DNA of 64,000 nucleotides from Pseudonocardia sp. GTDB taxonomy: Bacteria > Actinomycetota > Actinomycetes > Mycobacteriales > Pseudonocardiaceae. Under the pieces are notes generated by a model. It had not been told where the DNA came from, made no database searches, and worked only from the letters and a program-made list of their open reading frames with translations. Shown one piece after another: positions 7,820 through 16,634 of the stretch. Position 1 is the stretch's first letter. Each line of letters opens with the position of its first letter. The position numbers and the translations under genes are program-made. The stretch is from assembly GCF_050250275.1 (NCBI RefSeq), contig NZ_JBFWOY010000020.1, positions 11,155 to 75,154 of the forward strand, in the 5' to 3' direction.

Positions 7820-9109
7820 TCAGGCGGCCTCGGGCGCGGGCACGTCGTCGTCGACCGCGGCGGCCACCGGGGCGGGGGACTCCTCGATGTCGGGCAGGGT
7901 CCACGGCCGCACCACCACGAGCAGCACCACCAGGGCCACCACCATCCCGCCCGCGACGACCGTCGTCATCGCCAGCGCATCGTTGCCCAGGGCCCCGACC
8001 AGCGGCGACACCGCGGCGCCCACACCGAACTGCACCGCGCCCAACAGGGCCGCCGCGGTCCCGGCCGCCTCGCCGTGCGCCGACAGCGCCACCGCGGGCG
8101 CATTGGGCAGCATCACGCCCGCAGCCGCCAGCACCGCCCACATCGGGATCAGCAGGCCGACGAGCCCGCCGGCGCCCGTCGCGCCCACCGCGATCAGGAC
8201 CAGGCCCGCCAGGGTCCCGACGACGGCTGCGCCCGACAGGATCTGGCGCGGCTCCCACCGGCGCAGCAGCACCGGGTTGAACTGCGTACCCGCGATCAGC
8301 CAGACCGCGCCGGCGCCGAACACCAGGCCGAACGTCTGCTGACCGAGCCCGAACTGCTCCTGGTAGACGAACGAGGCGCCCGAGACGTAGCCGAACAGCG
8401 CCGCCATCGTGAAGCCCGCGACGAGCACCAGGCCGACGAACACGCGGTCGCGCAGCAGGCCGGCGTAGGTGCGGAAGGTGGCACCGATGCGGGCGCTGCG
8501 CCGGCGCTCCACGGGCAGCGTCTCCGGCAGCACCTTCCACGCCAGCGGCAGCAGCAACGCCGCGTAGACCGCGAGCACCACGAACACGCCGCGCCAGTCG
8601 GTGAAGTTCAGGACGCCGCCGCCGATCGTCGGCGCGAGCACCGGCGCGGCGCCCATCACGAGCATCAGCCGGGACAGCAGGTTGGCCGCGTCACGGCCGA
8701 AGTAGAGGTCACGCACGATCGCCAACGCAACGACGGCACCGGCAGCGGCACCGACGCCCTGCAGCACCCGCAGCACGCCCAGGATCTCGATGTTCGGTGC
8801 GACGAGGACGAGCAACGACGCGACGAGGTGCAGCAGCGCTCCGGCGAACAACGGCCGGCGACGGCCCACCGCGTCCGACAGCGGACCGATGAACAGCTGG
8901 CCCAGGGCGAGCCCGGTGAGCGTGCCGGTGAGGGTGAGCTGGACGAGGCTCTCGGAGGCGATCAGCTCGTCACTGATCTGCGGGAGCGCCGGAAGGTACA
9001 TGTCGATGGTGAGCGGACCCAGGGCGACGAAGGCGCCGAGCAGCAGTGCGAGGCGCAACCGTCCCGGTGCGGCGGTTCGGGAGGTGTCGGTCACGGACAA
9101 CTGCAACAT
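7820..9109 (-). CDS. MFS transporter, Bcr/CflA-type drug efflux
   Basis: LGPLTIDMYLPALPQISDEL and GPLSDAVGRRRPL (MFS motif A), 12 TM-like segments. ATG 9109 is in frame within ORF 7820..10855, whose upstream part is shadow sequence. Confidence 0.9.
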   Translation of the reverse strand: MLQLSVTDTSRTAAPGRLRLALLLGAFVALGPLTIDMYLPALPQISDELIASESLVQLTLTGTLTGLALGQLFIGPLSDAVGRRRPLFAGALLHLVASLLVLVAPNIEILGVLRVLQGVGAAAGAVVALAIVRDLYFGRDAANLLSRLMLVMGAAPVLAPTIGGGVLNFTDWRGVFVVLAVYAALLLPLAWKVLPETLPVERRRSARIGATFRTYAGLLRDRVFVGLVLVAGFTMAALFGYVSGASFVYQEQFGLGQQTFGLVFGAGAVWLIAGTQFNPVLLRRWEPRQILSGAAVVGTLAGLVLIAVGATGAGGLVGLLIPMWAVLAAAGVMLPNAPAVALSAHGEAAGTAAALLGAVQFGVGAAVSPLVGALGNDALAMTTVVAGGMVVALVVLLVVVRPWTLPDIEESPAPVAAAVDDDVPAPEAA

Positions 9110-9286
9110 TCGGGAACGAGTGATGGTTCCCCGATGTCGGTCATGTGACCGGTTGCACCCTTCGGCCCTCGCCGGGCATCCCGCGGCCACGGGCACCACC
9201 CGTCGCTGCCCGGCCCCGCCGACGTCGCGACCGCCCTGGTCCTGATCGCCGGGCCGGGTGCCGCGCCGCCCTCCTAGGCTGGCGCC

Positions 9287-10918
9287 ATGGTCGACGAGGT
9301 CACGACGTCCGACGGTCTGCGGCTCGCGGTACGGGAGCACGGCGACCCCTCGAACCCGACGGTCGTCGCCGTCCACGGCTACCCCGACGACCGGCACGTG
9401 TGGGACGACGTGGTCGCCGACCTCGCGATGGACCACCACGTCGTCACCTACGACGTGCGGGGTGCCGGGGAGTCGGACGCGCCGCGGCGGCGCGACGCCT
9501 ACCGGGTCGACCGGCTCGCCGCCGACCTCGCCGCGGTGATCGACGCGGTCAGCCCCGGCGCGCCCGTGCACCTGCTCGCGCACGACTGGGGCTCGGTGCA
9601 GTCGTGGCACCTCGTCACCGACCCCGACTTCCGCGACCGGCTGCTGTCGTACACGTCGATCTCCGGGCCGTGCCTCGACCACATCGGACGCTGGTTCCGC
9701 ACCGCCTCGGCGCGAGACCGGCGCCGGCAGGCCCGCAAGTCCTGGTACATCTCGTTCTTCCGGCTCCCGGTGGTGCCCGTCCTGGCCTGGCGCAGCGGGA
9801 TCCTCGGGGCGGTGCTGGCGCGCCGGGAGCGGATCGCGCCACCGTCGACCAGGACCGCCGTCAACGGGCTGGAGCTCTACCGCGCCAACATCGGCGACCG
9901 GGTGCGCTCGCCGCAGCGCCGCGTCACGTCCGTGCCGACGCAGGTCCTCGCCCCGCGCGGCGACGCCTACGTCGGGCCGTCCCTGGCCCGCTCCGCCGAG
10001 ACCTTCGCCGAGACCCTGTGGGTGCGGGAGGTCACCGGGACGCACTGGCTGCCGCGGACGCGCCCCGACGTCGTCGCCCGGGCGGTGCGGGACATCTCGT
10101 CCTACGTCGGCGGCGGCCCGGCGCCCGCCCGCTCCCGCAAGGTCGTCGTCGTCACCGGGGCCGGCAGCGGCATCGGCCGGGAGACGGCGAAGGCGTTCGC
10201 GGCGCGCGGGGCGTTCGTCGTGGGTGCCGACATCGACCTCGCCGCCGCCTCCGCGACCGCCGCGTCCACGCAGGGCGCCGCCTACGAGGTGGACGTCGCC
10301 GACGCGGATGCCGTCGCCGCATTCGCGAAGACGGTCGCGAGCGAGCACGGCGTGCCCGACGTCGTCGTGAACAACGCCGGCATCGGCATGGCCGGACCCT
10401 TCACCGCGACCACGGAGGAGGAGTGGCGGCGGATCGTCGACGTCAACCTGTGGGGTGTCGTCCACGGTTGCCGCGCGTTCGCGCCCCTGATGCGGCAGCG
10501 CGGGGAGGGCGGTTCGATCGTCAACGTCGCGTCCGCGGCCGCGTTCCTGCCGCACCGCTCGATGAGCGCGTACGCGACGACCAAGGCCGCCGTCCTCGCG
10601 CTGTCGCAGAGCCTGCGCGCCGAGCTGGCCGACGACGACATCGGCGTCACCGCGCTCTGCCCGGGCTTCGTGCACACCGCCATCACCACATCGGCCCGGT
10701 TCGCCGGGCAGGACCCCGCGACCGAGCAGCTCAGCCGCGACGCCGCCACCCAGGCCTACCGCAGGCGCAACTACACCCCCGACCGCGTCGCGAAGAAGCT
10801 CGTGCGGGCCGTCGAGAAGGACCTGGCCCTGGCGCCCGTGACCGCAGAAGCGCACGTCGGGCTGCTGTTGTCCCGTCTTGCACCCGGCGTCGTGCGAGCG
10901 GTGGCCCGGCGCGGCTAA
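9287..10918 (+). CDS. fusion protein: alpha/beta hydrolase (N-terminal) plus SDR oxidoreductase (C-terminal)
   Basis: The N-terminal half has VVAVHGYPDD...LLAHDWGS (nucleophile elbow with Asp). The C-terminal half has VVVTGAGSGIGR (TGxxxGxG), NNAG and YATTKAA (YxxxK). Confidence 0.9.
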   Translation: MVDEVTTSDGLRLAVREHGDPSNPTVVAVHGYPDDRHVWDDVVADLAMDHHVVTYDVRGAGESDAPRRRDAYRVDRLAADLAAVIDAVSPGAPVHLLAHDWGSVQSWHLVTDPDFRDRLLSYTSISGPCLDHIGRWFRTASARDRRRQARKSWYISFFRLPVVPVLAWRSGILGAVLARRERIAPPSTRTAVNGLELYRANIGDRVRSPQRRVTSVPTQVLAPRGDAYVGPSLARSAETFAETLWVREVTGTHWLPRTRPDVVARAVRDISSYVGGGPAPARSRKVVVVTGAGSGIGRETAKAFAARGAFVVGADIDLAAASATAASTQGAAYEVDVADADAVAAFAKTVASEHGVPDVVVNNAGIGMAGPFTATTEEEWRRIVDVNLWGVVHGCRAFAPLMRQRGEGGSIVNVASAAAFLPHRSMSAYATTKAAVLALSQSLRAELADDDIGVTALCPGFVHTAITTSARFAGQDPATEQLSRDAATQAYRRRNYTPDRVAKKLVRAVEKDLALAPVTAEAHVGLLLSRLAPGVVRAVARRG

Positions 10919-10929
10919 CCTCGGTGACC

Positions 10930-12084
10930 ATGCTGGTCGAGCGCATGACGCCCTTCACCTCGACGATCTTCGCCGAGATCACCCAGCTCGCGGTCGACAC
11001 CGGTGCGATCAACCTCGGCCAGGGTTTCCCCGACACCGACGGCCCCGAGAGCCTGCTCGCCGACGCCGCCGCGAACATCATGGGCGGGGTCAACCAGTAC
11101 CCGCCGGGCCCGGGCGTCCCGGCGCTGCGCGAGGCCGTCGCCGCGCACCAGAAGCGGTTCTACGGCCTCGACGTCGACCCGGCCGACGTCCTCGTCACCG
11201 TCGGTGCGACCGAGGCGATCGCGTCCGCGGTCCTGTCGCTGTGCACGACGGGTGACGAGGTGATCGCGTTCGAGCCGTACTACGACTCCTACCCGGCGAT
11301 GACCGCGCTGTCGGGTGCGACCCTGCGCACCGTCCCGCTGCGCGCCCCCGACTTCGCGTTCGACCCCGACGAACTGCGCGCCGCGTTCTCCTCCCGTACC
11401 CGGATGGTCCTGCTCAACTCCCCGCACAACCCGACGGGCGCGGTGTTCGACCGCGAGCAGCTCCAGCTGATCGCCGACCTCGCCACCGAGCACGACGCGA
11501 TCGTCGTCTCCGACGAGGTCTACGAGCACATGACCTTCGACGTCGCGCACATCCCCATCGCCACCCTGCCCGGGATGGCCGGGCGGACGCTGACGATCTC
11601 GTCGGCGGGCAAGACGTTCTCGGTGACCGGCTGGAAGATCGGCTGGATCCACGGCCCCTCGGAGCTGGTGGCGGCCACCCGCGCGGTCAAGCAGTTCCTC
11701 AGCTACACCGCGGGCGCGCCCCTGCAGCCGGCCGTGGCCGCAGCACTCGCGCTGCCCGACGAGTTCTACACGGAGATCGCGACGTCGTTGCGCGGCAAGC
11801 GGGAGCTGCTCTCGGCGGGGCTGAAGGCGGCGGGCTTCACCGTCTACCAGCCACGCGGGACGTACTTCATCGTGGTCGACGGGCGCCCCCTCGGTTTCGA
11901 CGACGGCTACAAGCTGGCCTACGACCTGCCCGCACTGTGCGGGGTCGCGGCCGTCCCGGTGTCGGTGTTCGCGTCGTCGCCGGAGGGCGTCGAGGCGACT
12001 CGGTCGCTGGTGCGGTTCGCCTTCTGCAAGCGCGACGAGGTCCTCACCGAGGCCGTCGGACGTCTGGCGGATCTGAGGGGCTGA
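10930..12084 (+). CDS. class I/II PLP-dependent aminotransferase (KAT/DapC-like)
   Basis: FAEITQLAVDTGAINLGQGFPD, NQYPPGPGVPALREA, NSPHNPTG and SSAGKTFSVTGWKIGW (PLP lysine context). ATG 10930 is in frame within ORF 9145..12084. Confidence 0.9.
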   Translation: MLVERMTPFTSTIFAEITQLAVDTGAINLGQGFPDTDGPESLLADAAANIMGGVNQYPPGPGVPALREAVAAHQKRFYGLDVDPADVLVTVGATEAIASAVLSLCTTGDEVIAFEPYYDSYPAMTALSGATLRTVPLRAPDFAFDPDELRAAFSSRTRMVLLNSPHNPTGAVFDREQLQLIADLATEHDAIVVSDEVYEHMTFDVAHIPIATLPGMAGRTLTISSAGKTFSVTGWKIGWIHGPSELVAATRAVKQFLSYTAGAPLQPAVAAALALPDEFYTEIATSLRGKRELLSAGLKAAGFTVYQPRGTYFIVVDGRPLGFDDGYKLAYDLPALCGVAAVPVSVFASSPEGVEATRSLVRFAFCKRDEVLTEAVGRLADLRG

Positions 12085-12088
12085 CCGG

Positions 12089-13201
12089 GTGCGCATCCTG
12101 GTCGTCGCCGCACCGTTGGTCGGGCACCTGCTGCCCATGCTGCCCCTGGCGCGGACGGTCGCGGAGCTGGGCCACGAGGTGGTGATCGCCTCGGGTGGCG
12201 ACGCCGTCGCCCGCGACCTCGGCGGCCTGCCCGCCGTGGACGTCGCCCAGGACGTGTCGTTCGCCCGCTGCGCCGCCCGGACGATGCTCGCCCACCCGCG
12301 GCTGGCCCGCCGCGAGCTGGCCGGGCAGGCGGGGACCGACGTCGTCGGCCTGCTGTTCGGAGCCGTCAACGAGGCCCTCGCCGACGCGGTCGTCGCCGTC
12401 GCCGGGGCGTTCGAACCCGAGATCGTGGTTCACGAGCCGCTCGCGCCGGCGGGGGCGCTGGCCGCCGCGCGGCTCGGGGTGCCCGCCGTGCTGCAGGAGA
12501 ACTCCCTCCACGACGGGCCGTCGCTGGTCGCCGCGGTGGTTCGCAGCCCGCTGTTCCGCCGGGCGCTGCGCCGCCACGGCCTGCTCGACGAGCTGCCCCC
12601 ACCCGTCGACGTCCTCACGATCGCGCCGCCGAGCGTCGTCGGCGTCCGCGGCGGCCGGCCGATGCGCGCGGTCCCCGACGACGGCGCCGGCCTGCCCGAC
12701 TGGCTCACCGAGCCGACCGCGCGGCCCCGCATCCTGGTGAGCCGCTCGACGGTCGCCGGACCAGGTGGTGGCGACCCCATGGCCGCCGTCGTCGCCGCGG
12801 CCCCCGACGTCGACGCCGAGATCGTCCTGGTCCGGCCCGCCGACCGGCTGAACCGGAAATTGTTGCCGCCCAACGTTCGGACCGTCGGCTGGGTGCCGCT
12901 GTCGGCGGCGCTGCCCCACGCCGCAGCGGTGGTGCACCACGGTGGGGCGGGCACCGTCCTCACCGCGCTGGCGACGGGGACGCCGCAGCTCGTCGTGCCG
13001 GGCCCCGGCGACCGCCGGTTCAACGCCGACCTCGTCGCCCGTCGCGGCGCCGGCCTCGCGGTGGCGGCCCGCGCGATCACCGCGGCATCGTTGACGGCGC
13101 TGGTCGCCGACACCGGCCTGCGCGACGCCGCCTGCGAGGTGCGCACGGAGATCGCGGCGATGCCGGACCCGTCGGAAGCGCTGCGCGCGTGTGAGTGGTA
13201 A
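12089..13201 (+). CDS. GT1-family glycosyltransferase (MGT/UDP-glycosyltransferase-like)
   Basis: MRILVVAAPLVGHLLPMLPLARTVAELGHEV (N-terminal GT-B pattern) and the C-terminal HHGGAGTVLTALATGTPQLVVP donor-binding motif. It starts 4 nt after the aminotransferase stop. Confidence 0.85.
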   Translation: MRILVVAAPLVGHLLPMLPLARTVAELGHEVVIASGGDAVARDLGGLPAVDVAQDVSFARCAARTMLAHPRLARRELAGQAGTDVVGLLFGAVNEALADAVVAVAGAFEPEIVVHEPLAPAGALAAARLGVPAVLQENSLHDGPSLVAAVVRSPLFRRALRRHGLLDELPPPVDVLTIAPPSVVGVRGGRPMRAVPDDGAGLPDWLTEPTARPRILVSRSTVAGPGGGDPMAAVVAAAPDVDAEIVLVRPADRLNRKLLPPNVRTVGWVPLSAALPHAAAVVHHGGAGTVLTALATGTPQLVVPGPGDRRFNADLVARRGAGLAVAARAITAASLTALVADTGLRDAACEVRTEIAAMPDPSEALRACEW

Positions 13202-13211
13202 TAGCCGAGGA

Positions 13212-13251
13212 CCGTGAGGTTGCGCGCGTAGAACCGGGCGCAACCTCACGG
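13212..13251. repeat. GGTTGCGC-core palindromic repeat (hairpin), copy 1
   Basis: ccgtgaggttgcgc (13212-13225) and gcgcaacctcacgg (13238-13251) form a perfect 14-bp stem. A further gcaacc-a-ggttgc core lies at 13274-13286. The motif recurs at 24781-24898. Confidence 0.7.
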
Positions 13252-13346
13252 CTGTCGGAGGGGCCTCGCGACAGCAACCAGGTTGCGCATCGGGTTCCTG
13301 CGCCCGTCGCCAAGCCGTGTGCCGCCCGGCGGGGTAGGACAGGGGC

Positions 13347-14276
13347 ATGGCGACGACCGAGACATTCCGTGCCTACGGCTTCAGCGCCGTGGGCGGCCCG
13401 GAGAACCAGCTGTTCCTCGACCTGCCGATCCCCGTGCCCGGGCCGGCGGAGCTGCTGGTCGAGGTCCGAGCCGCGGGGGTCAACCCAGCCGACTGGAAGT
13501 CGCGATCCGGCGGGCCCGGGCCCGTGCCGACGGAGTTCCCCGCCGTCCTCGGACGTGAGGTGTCAGGGGTCGTGCGGGCGGTCGGGCAGGACGTCGAGGG
13601 CTTCGCGGTCGGCGACGAGGTGTTCGGCTCCACCGCGCCCGGCTCCGGCGGGTACGGGGAGTACAGCCTGCTGTGGGCGGAGTCGTCGGCCCCCAAACCC
13701 CCGCAGGTCTCCTGGACCGATGCGGCCGCGCTGCCCGTCGCCGTCTGCACCGCCTACGACGGCATCGTGTCCCTCGGCCTCGGCGAAGGGGCGACGTTGC
13801 TGGTCAACGGCATCGGCGGCGGCGTCGGGGTGGCGGCGGCGCAGCTGGCCCGCAACGGCGGGGTCGCGGTCGTCGGTACGGCGAGCGAGGGCAAGCGGGA
13901 ACTCGTCGAGTCGCTGGGGGCGACGCTCGTCGGGTACGGGCCGGGTGTGGCGGGGCGGGTGCGGGAGCTGCTGCCCGACGGCGTCGACGCGGTGTTCGAC
14001 ATGGTCGGCGGCGACGCGCTGCGGGAGGTCGCGGAGCTGGTGAAGGACCGCGCGAACCTGATCAGCATCGCCGACAAGGGCCTGGTCAAGGAGCTGGGCG
14101 GGCGTGACGTCGAGCGCCGCCGCACGACCGCCGTCTACTCCGAGGTGGCCGCGCTGGTCGCCGACGGGTCGCTGTCGCCGCACGTGACCGATGTCCGCCC
14201 CCTGGACGAGGCTGCGCAGGCGCTGGCCGCGGTCGAGTCGGGTCACGCGATGGGCAAGGTCGTCCTGCGGGTGTAG
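13347..14276 (+). CDS. NADPH:quinone oxidoreductase / zinc-type alcohol dehydrogenase superfamily (MDR)
   Basis: ELLVEVRAAGVNPADWK, GREVSGVV and LLVNGIGGGVGVAAAQLA (Rossmann fold). Confidence 0.9.
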   Translation: MATTETFRAYGFSAVGGPENQLFLDLPIPVPGPAELLVEVRAAGVNPADWKSRSGGPGPVPTEFPAVLGREVSGVVRAVGQDVEGFAVGDEVFGSTAPGSGGYGEYSLLWAESSAPKPPQVSWTDAAALPVAVCTAYDGIVSLGLGEGATLLVNGIGGGVGVAAAQLARNGGVAVVGTASEGKRELVESLGATLVGYGPGVAGRVRELLPDGVDAVFDMVGGDALREVAELVKDRANLISIADKGLVKELGGRDVERRRTTAVYSEVAALVADGSLSPHVTDVRPLDEAAQALAAVESGHAMGKVVLRV

Positions 14277-14311
14277 CGGCGCCGGTACTGTCCGCGGCGT
14301 AACCGCGGAGG

Positions 14312-15091
14312 GTGTGTGCTGTGATCGAGCTGAAGACGCCGTCGGAGATCGACGCGATCGCGGCGGCCGGCGCCGTCGTCGCCGACGTGCTGGCGGCGGT
14401 CCGCGCCCAGTCGGCGCCGGGTGTGCGGGTGAGTGATCTCGACGCGGCCGCGGGTGACCTGATCGCCGGGGCGGGGGCGACGCCGACGTTCCTGAACTAC
14501 CGCCCGCGCTTCGCCCCGACGCCCTATCCGGCCGTGACCTGCATCAGCGTGAACGACGCCGTCGTCCACGGCATCCCGGGCCCGCAGGTGCTGGCCGACG
14601 GCGATCTCGTCAGCATCGACCTGGCCGTCCATCTCGACGACTGGTGCGCCGACTCGGCGATCAGCTTCGTGGTCGGTGCGGCGGACCCGGCGGACCTGGC
14701 GCTGATCGACACCGCGGAGCGGTCGTTGCGGGCGGGGATCGATGCGGCGCTGGCCGGGGCCCGCATGGGCGACGTCGGGCACGCGATCGAGTCGGTGGCC
14801 CGCGCCGCCGGGTACGGGATGCTGGCCGACCACGGCGGCCACGGTGTCGGCAGGCGGATGCACGAGCCGCCGCACGTCCCCAACGAGGGTCGGCAGGGGC
14901 GCGGGATGCGGCTGGAGCCGGGTCTGGTGTTCGCGATCGAGCCGATGCTCATCGCGGGTGGGACCGACCGTTACCGCCACGACGACGACGGCTGGACGCT
15001 GCGCACGGCCGACGGCAGCCGCGCCGCGCACGTCGAGCACACGATCGGTGTGACCGAGGACGGCCCGAGGGTCTTGACGTCGAAGGGTTGA
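14312..15091 (+). CDS. map: type I methionine aminopeptidase
   Basis: IELKTPSEIDAI, CISVNDAVVHGIP, DLVSIDL, GHGVGRRMHEPP, FAIEPM and AHVEHT carry the metal-ligand motifs of MetAP. The start could be GTG 14321. Confidence 0.95.
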   Translation: MCAVIELKTPSEIDAIAAAGAVVADVLAAVRAQSAPGVRVSDLDAAAGDLIAGAGATPTFLNYRPRFAPTPYPAVTCISVNDAVVHGIPGPQVLADGDLVSIDLAVHLDDWCADSAISFVVGAADPADLALIDTAERSLRAGIDAALAGARMGDVGHAIESVARAAGYGMLADHGGHGVGRRMHEPPHVPNEGRQGRGMRLEPGLVFAIEPMLIAGGTDRYRHDDDGWTLRTADGSRAAHVEHTIGVTEDGPRVLTSKG

Positions 15092-15122
15092 CGAGTTCAA
15101 GACGATCGGTCATATTGATGTC

Positions 15123-15695
15123 GTGCCTCAGGTGAGTGTGAAGTCCCGGATCGTGGAGAACGCCACCCGCGTCTTCCTCGAGAAGGGCTTCCAGGGCGCC
15201 AGCATCCAGGACCTCGTCACCGCCGCCGGTGTCCCGAAGGGCTCGTTCTACAACCACTTCTCCGGCAAGGAGGAGCTGGCGGTGGAGATCACGCGCCGGT
15301 GGGTCGCCGACGCCGGGGTAGACGGCCTGTACCTACGGACGGGGTCGCCGTTGCGGCGGCTGCGGGAGCACCTGGAGTCGGTCGCCGGGCGGCGGTCCGT
15401 GCAGTACGGACCGCACGGGTGCCTGCTGGGGAACTTCAGCACGGGTGTGCCGGCGGAGTGCGAGCGGTTGCGGGCGCAGGTGGCGGCCGGGCTCGACCAG
15501 TGGACCGCGGCGGTAGCGGCGGCGCTCGCCGAGGCCCGGCAGGTGGGGGAGCTGCACGTCGACACGGAGGTGTCGGTGCTCGCCCGCTACGTCCTCGACG
15601 GGTTCGAGGGTGCGATCGCCCGGGGGAAGGTCTCGGGCGACCCGGCGGTGCTCCGGCAGTGGTTCGATGTCACGTTCAGCGCCCTGCTCGTGTGA
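15123..15695 (+). CDS. TetR family transcriptional regulator
   Basis: ATRVFLEKGFQGASIQDLVTAAGVPKGSFYNHFSGKEEL is the TetR HTH signature. Confidence 0.9.
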   Translation: MPQVSVKSRIVENATRVFLEKGFQGASIQDLVTAAGVPKGSFYNHFSGKEELAVEITRRWVADAGVDGLYLRTGSPLRRLREHLESVAGRRSVQYGPHGCLLGNFSTGVPAECERLRAQVAAGLDQWTAAVAAALAEARQVGELHVDTEVSVLARYVLDGFEGAIARGKVSGDPAVLRQWFDVTFSALLV

Positions 15696-15746
15696 GCAGT
15701 TTCGTGTGCCGCGTTTAAGATGACCAGTCATATTCAAGGAGTTCAC

Positions 15747-16475
15747 ATGCAGATCATGGGCGCGGTCGCACTGGTGACCGGGGCGAACCGCGGGATCGGC
15801 AAGGCGTTCACCGCCGAGCTGCTGGCCCGCGGCGCGAGCAAGGTCTACGCCGCGGCGCGCGACGTCGCGACCGTCGAGGTGACCGACCCGAGGATCGTGC
15901 CCGTCGCCCTCGACGTCACCGACCCCGCCAGGGTCGGGGCCCTCGCCGCGGAGCTCGGTGACGTGACGCTGCTGGTCAACAACGCGGGCGTCGCCGGGTT
16001 CGGCACGCCGCTGTCGGCGCCGCTCGACCAGGCGCGGCGCGAGATCGAGACCAACTACCTCGCCGTCGTCGGACTGACGCAGGCGTTCGCCCCGGTCCTC
16101 GCGGCCAACGGTGGCGGGGCCGTGGTGCAGATGCTCTCGGTCGTCTCATGGGCGGCGCCTCCCGCGCTGTCGACCTATGCGGCGTCGAAGTCGGCCGCCT
16201 GGGCCTGGACCAACGCGGCACGCATCGAGCTGCGGCAGCAGAAGACCGAGGTCGTGGGCGTGCACGTCGGGTTCGTCGACACCGATCTGGCCGCGGGGGT
16301 CGACAGCGAGAAGGTCGCCCCGGCCGCCGTCGCGGCAGCAGCGTTCGACGGGCTGGAAGCCGGTGAGCCGGAGGTCGCCGTCGACGACTTCAGCCGCATG
16401 GTCAAGGCAGGCCTGTCGGACGACCAGACGCTGATCTACCCCGAGCTCGAACGCCGCTTCCTCGCCGCCGGCTGA
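15747..16475 (+). CDS. SDR family oxidoreductase
   Basis: ALVTGANRGIGKAF, NNAG and YAASKSA (YxxxK). AAGGAG at 15736-15741 lies 5 nt upstream of ATG 15747; ATG 15720 is the longest-ORF alternative. Confidence 0.9.
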   Translation: MQIMGAVALVTGANRGIGKAFTAELLARGASKVYAAARDVATVEVTDPRIVPVALDVTDPARVGALAAELGDVTLLVNNAGVAGFGTPLSAPLDQARREIETNYLAVVGLTQAFAPVLAANGGGAVVQMLSVVSWAAPPALSTYAASKSAAWAWTNAARIELRQQKTEVVGVHVGFVDTDLAAGVDSEKVAPAAVAAAAFDGLEAGEPEVAVDDFSRMVKAGLSDDQTLIYPELERRFLAAG

Positions 16476-16517
16476 GCGGGACCGCCGGCTGAGCGGGACC
16501 GCCGGCCGAGCGAGACC
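16467..16517. repeat. 17-bp tandem repeat x3 spanning the SDR stop codon
   Basis: gccggctgagcgggacc occurs at 16467-16483 and 16484-16500, and gccggccgagcgagacc at 16501-16517 (2 mismatches). The TGA of the SDR gene lies in unit 1, and an identical TGA in unit 2. Confidence 0.7.
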
Positions 16518-16561
16518 GGCTGCCGGCGCGAGGCCGCCGGTCGGCGAGACCCGTGCGCCGC

Positions 16562-16600
16562 GTGCGGCCAGTCCGGCCGCACCCGCCGCGGTGGGTGCGG
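16562..16600. terminator. overlapping GC-rich hairpins between convergent genes
   Basis: gtgcggcc(16562-69)/ggccgcac(16575-82) and ccgcaccc(16577-84)/gggtgcgg(16593-600) lie between the SDR stop (16475) and the acyl-CoA oxidase stop (16635). Confidence 0.45.
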
Positions 16601-16634
16601 CCCCTGCCGGGGCCGACGTCGACCCCGCCGGGCG

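Noticed and set aside
9110-10855. Upstream extensions of composite ORFs (7820..10855-, 16635..20588-, 18500..21877+, 9145..12084+, 22278..24194+, 54458..57238+, 30631..34167-, 24956..26077-)
   Set aside because: Only the downstream portions show protein-family sequence. The extensions overlap other well-supported genes and have shadow-like composition. Internal in-frame starts with RBS or stop-start coupling explain the real genes.
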